From NCBI GenBank assembly GCA_044892525.1, contig CM097885.1:23376001-23440000 (forward strand): DNA of 64,000 nt, given 5' to 3'. The notes below the pieces were generated by a model. It was not told the origin of the DNA and did no database searches. It was given only the letters and a program-made list of their open reading frames with translations. Source of the DNA: Schmidtea polychroa (lineage: Eukaryota). Position numbers and translations under genes: made by a program. Shown in pieces: positions 29,481 to 64,000 of this stretch. Numbering within the stretch: the first letter of the stretch is position 1; each line of letters begins with the position of its first letter.

Positions 29481-29666
29481 TTATTAGTAAATTTTGATAA
29501 ATTCATCTCAACTCAATATCCAATATTCACAGAGCTGCTGCCACCGCCGCCAATGCCAATGTCAATGCCAATGCTGCTGCGACAGCTCACATTTTGCTAG
29601 ACAAATCTCCATAAAGCGTAACATAAATTAGCAAACCGAATAATCACACCGAAACAAGCAAACAAT

Positions 29667-61703
<32,037 letters not shown>

Positions 61704-62159
61704 CTATAAGAAAAATTAAAAATATACAAAATTCATAAACTTGAATTATATTTAGAAAATTGTAATCCGAATAAAATGTTTATCCGAATCTCTTCATATG
61801 ACATTGAATTTTAGCTCAAGTAATAAATGCCAAGCTATTGAACCGATTTTATTATTTGAAAAATAATTGATATTATAACCCAAATAGATCAATTATATAT
61901 AAATTTAAATGTTTGATACAGAAAATGGTCGCTAAGTGTCACAAGAAGTGAATAATTTTTAAAATCCCATAAAGAATAAAGTGACAATTATATGATTTTA
62001 CCTTTTTTAAGAACTTCCTAAAAATAATTTCAATCTCGCATTCCCTAAAAATTGTATTCATGAATGCAATACGCATGAATTTACTTATATTAATTTAATT
62101 TATAAATAGAACAATGAAGTACAACAGTAACGACAGTCAATTAAGTTCCTGAAGTAATT

Positions 62160-62224
62160 ATATTATTTTTGAATAACATATTATTTTTGAATAACATATT
62201 ATTTTTGAATAACATATTATTTTT
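62160..62224. repeat. 18-bp tandem repeat, about 3.5 copies
   Basis: (TATTATTTTTGAATAACA)n. Confidence 0.85.
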
Positions 62225-63386
62225 ACAAATATGTTTATAAAATGTACTTTAAAAATCCGCTGTTTTTAATACAGTAAATTCTTGATAAATGTGACATGGG
62301 ATAAGTGGCACATTACTAGGTAGAAGTTAGCCCACGATGACTTATCATCTTTTCTATTTCAGAACAAAGGCAATGGTTCATAGTATTAGTCATATGTAGG
62401 TCAGGGTCGTTGAGACAAAGACTCAGTAATTTTTTTAAATGATCGCAATCGTCTAATTTCTATTTTTGCCTTTTTTTTACAAAAAGGGTATTTAATGTGA
62501 ATGCTTCTAAGTATTTGCAAATGTAGCCAAAATTTAAAGAAAACATTTAAATAAAGTTTTCTTTAAACAAAGTCCCCCAGCAATAATTTTCAAAGTACAA
62601 TAAAACCTGCATATAAAGTACACCCTTTTTCCAAACAATTCTTCGGACGAACTCCTTATAAGAGAATTAAGGAAAAATAAAATAAGTTTGATACACCATA
62701 TTCAATAAAAATTGAGGGTCTTTATATATGGTAAATGTGAAATTTAAAATTCTAGCAAATAAATTGTATATAAATATAAAAATTAAATATAAAGGATACT
62801 CAATTATTTTTTAATTAAGAATTCATCAAGTTTTGTTTGCCTTTTGTTTTTCTCTAGCACTTTTCTTACTTTCTCATTAAACTACAATAAATAAAGCTCT
62901 TCTTCACTTAATCATTTGCATTAATCTTTCTCGTGTCTCTTTTCCTAACATATCATTCTTACTCTCATTTTCTTCATCTTGATTAATTAGATAATCGTCT
63001 AATATGGCATCAAGAATTTCATTAGTTCGAAATATTATAGGTTTCAACAACATTAACCTCATTGTTTTTCGATAGTCTGCCTCTATAATGAAATTCCTCC
63101 GTCAGCAATTGACATTATTCCCGACTGTTTGTCTTCCACCGCTTGAACACATCCAAATATTTTGCGGCTTCTCTTACACTTTTATTCCTTCGTAGATTAT
63201 CTATAATCTTTATCTTCTCAAAATCCACGAACTGTCCTTTTAGTATAACAATTTGATATCAGTTTGAACTTTCGATTTTCATCTCTTTCTTTCTAATTGA
63301 CATTATATTTATTAAAAAGTTGACTATGAATCTGTAAAAATATCGATGGTCAGGAATTTTCGGTATCATCTGTTTTAAGTGAATTT

Positions 63387-63432
<46 letters not shown>

Positions 63433-64000
63433 AAAATGCATAATTTAGGTATAGTCCTAAAAAAATAATGCATAAACAAAAAAAATTTTGAGAAAGGGAA
63501 AAACTATTTTCTTGAGTGCGTTTCAGACCTAAAAATACAGCGCAGAAAAATCATTTAGCTGTTTTATTTTAATTTGACTATTTTGTGTTAAATCCTAAAA
63601 TGTTTTGTTTTTTTACATTTTAAGTTAAAAATAGCAAATGCAATTTTTTCCACATGACTATACTCGTCATTAAACAAATAATTACCACTCATTCTTGAGG
63701 AGTATTTAATAAATAAATGCAAAAATTATAAATTTTATAAAAATTCGTGATCTTATTTCAAAAAACCAAAGAATCTAACTATAAATTAAAAAAATTTTTT
63801 TTAATTTAATATTATTAATTTAAAAACTATTTGCAGCATTTAATTGAAACACGAACTAATTAAAATAAATAAAACTTAAATACACAATTTTATAAAGCAA
63901 ATAATTTAGAATTTATTCATTTTAAATTTGATTTGAAAAGTTTATTTAAAAATGTCTCTGATATATTCAATTGTTGTAATTTAATCAACAAACAAATCAC

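Overview
AT-rich metazoan (invertebrate-like) genomic DNA. It has many 43-75 nt GT-AG introns, large transposon-filled introns and (TTA)n/(TA)n microsatellites. Three spliced genes can be rebuilt with consistent splice phases. (1) The 3' five exons of a C16orf89/UPF0764-like gene (+, 1171-14526). (2) A complete RXR/USP-type nuclear receptor (-, 23935-19748, about 615 aa) with a divergent ligand pocket and an H11-H12 insertion. (3) A KDM3/JMJD1-type JmjC histone demethylase (-, 10 exons, 61703-29667, 993 aa in the window; the 5' end may lie outside it). Also present: an intronless, disabled TMEM38/TRIC channel copy; a perfect RFX X-box next to a decayed gene-like stretch; a cluster of four RORE-like AGGTCA sites upstream of RXR; and many transposon relics (mariner, pogo/Tigger, MULE, hAT, piggyBac, Helitron, Gypsy, LINE). 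The clearest structure is a four-level nest in one C16orf89 intron (MULE > hAT > hAT > pogo/Tc2-like MITE). The three inner junctions have recognisable target-site duplications. Family assignments come from recognising motifs by eye; no database search was run. I found no convincing wholly new biological system.
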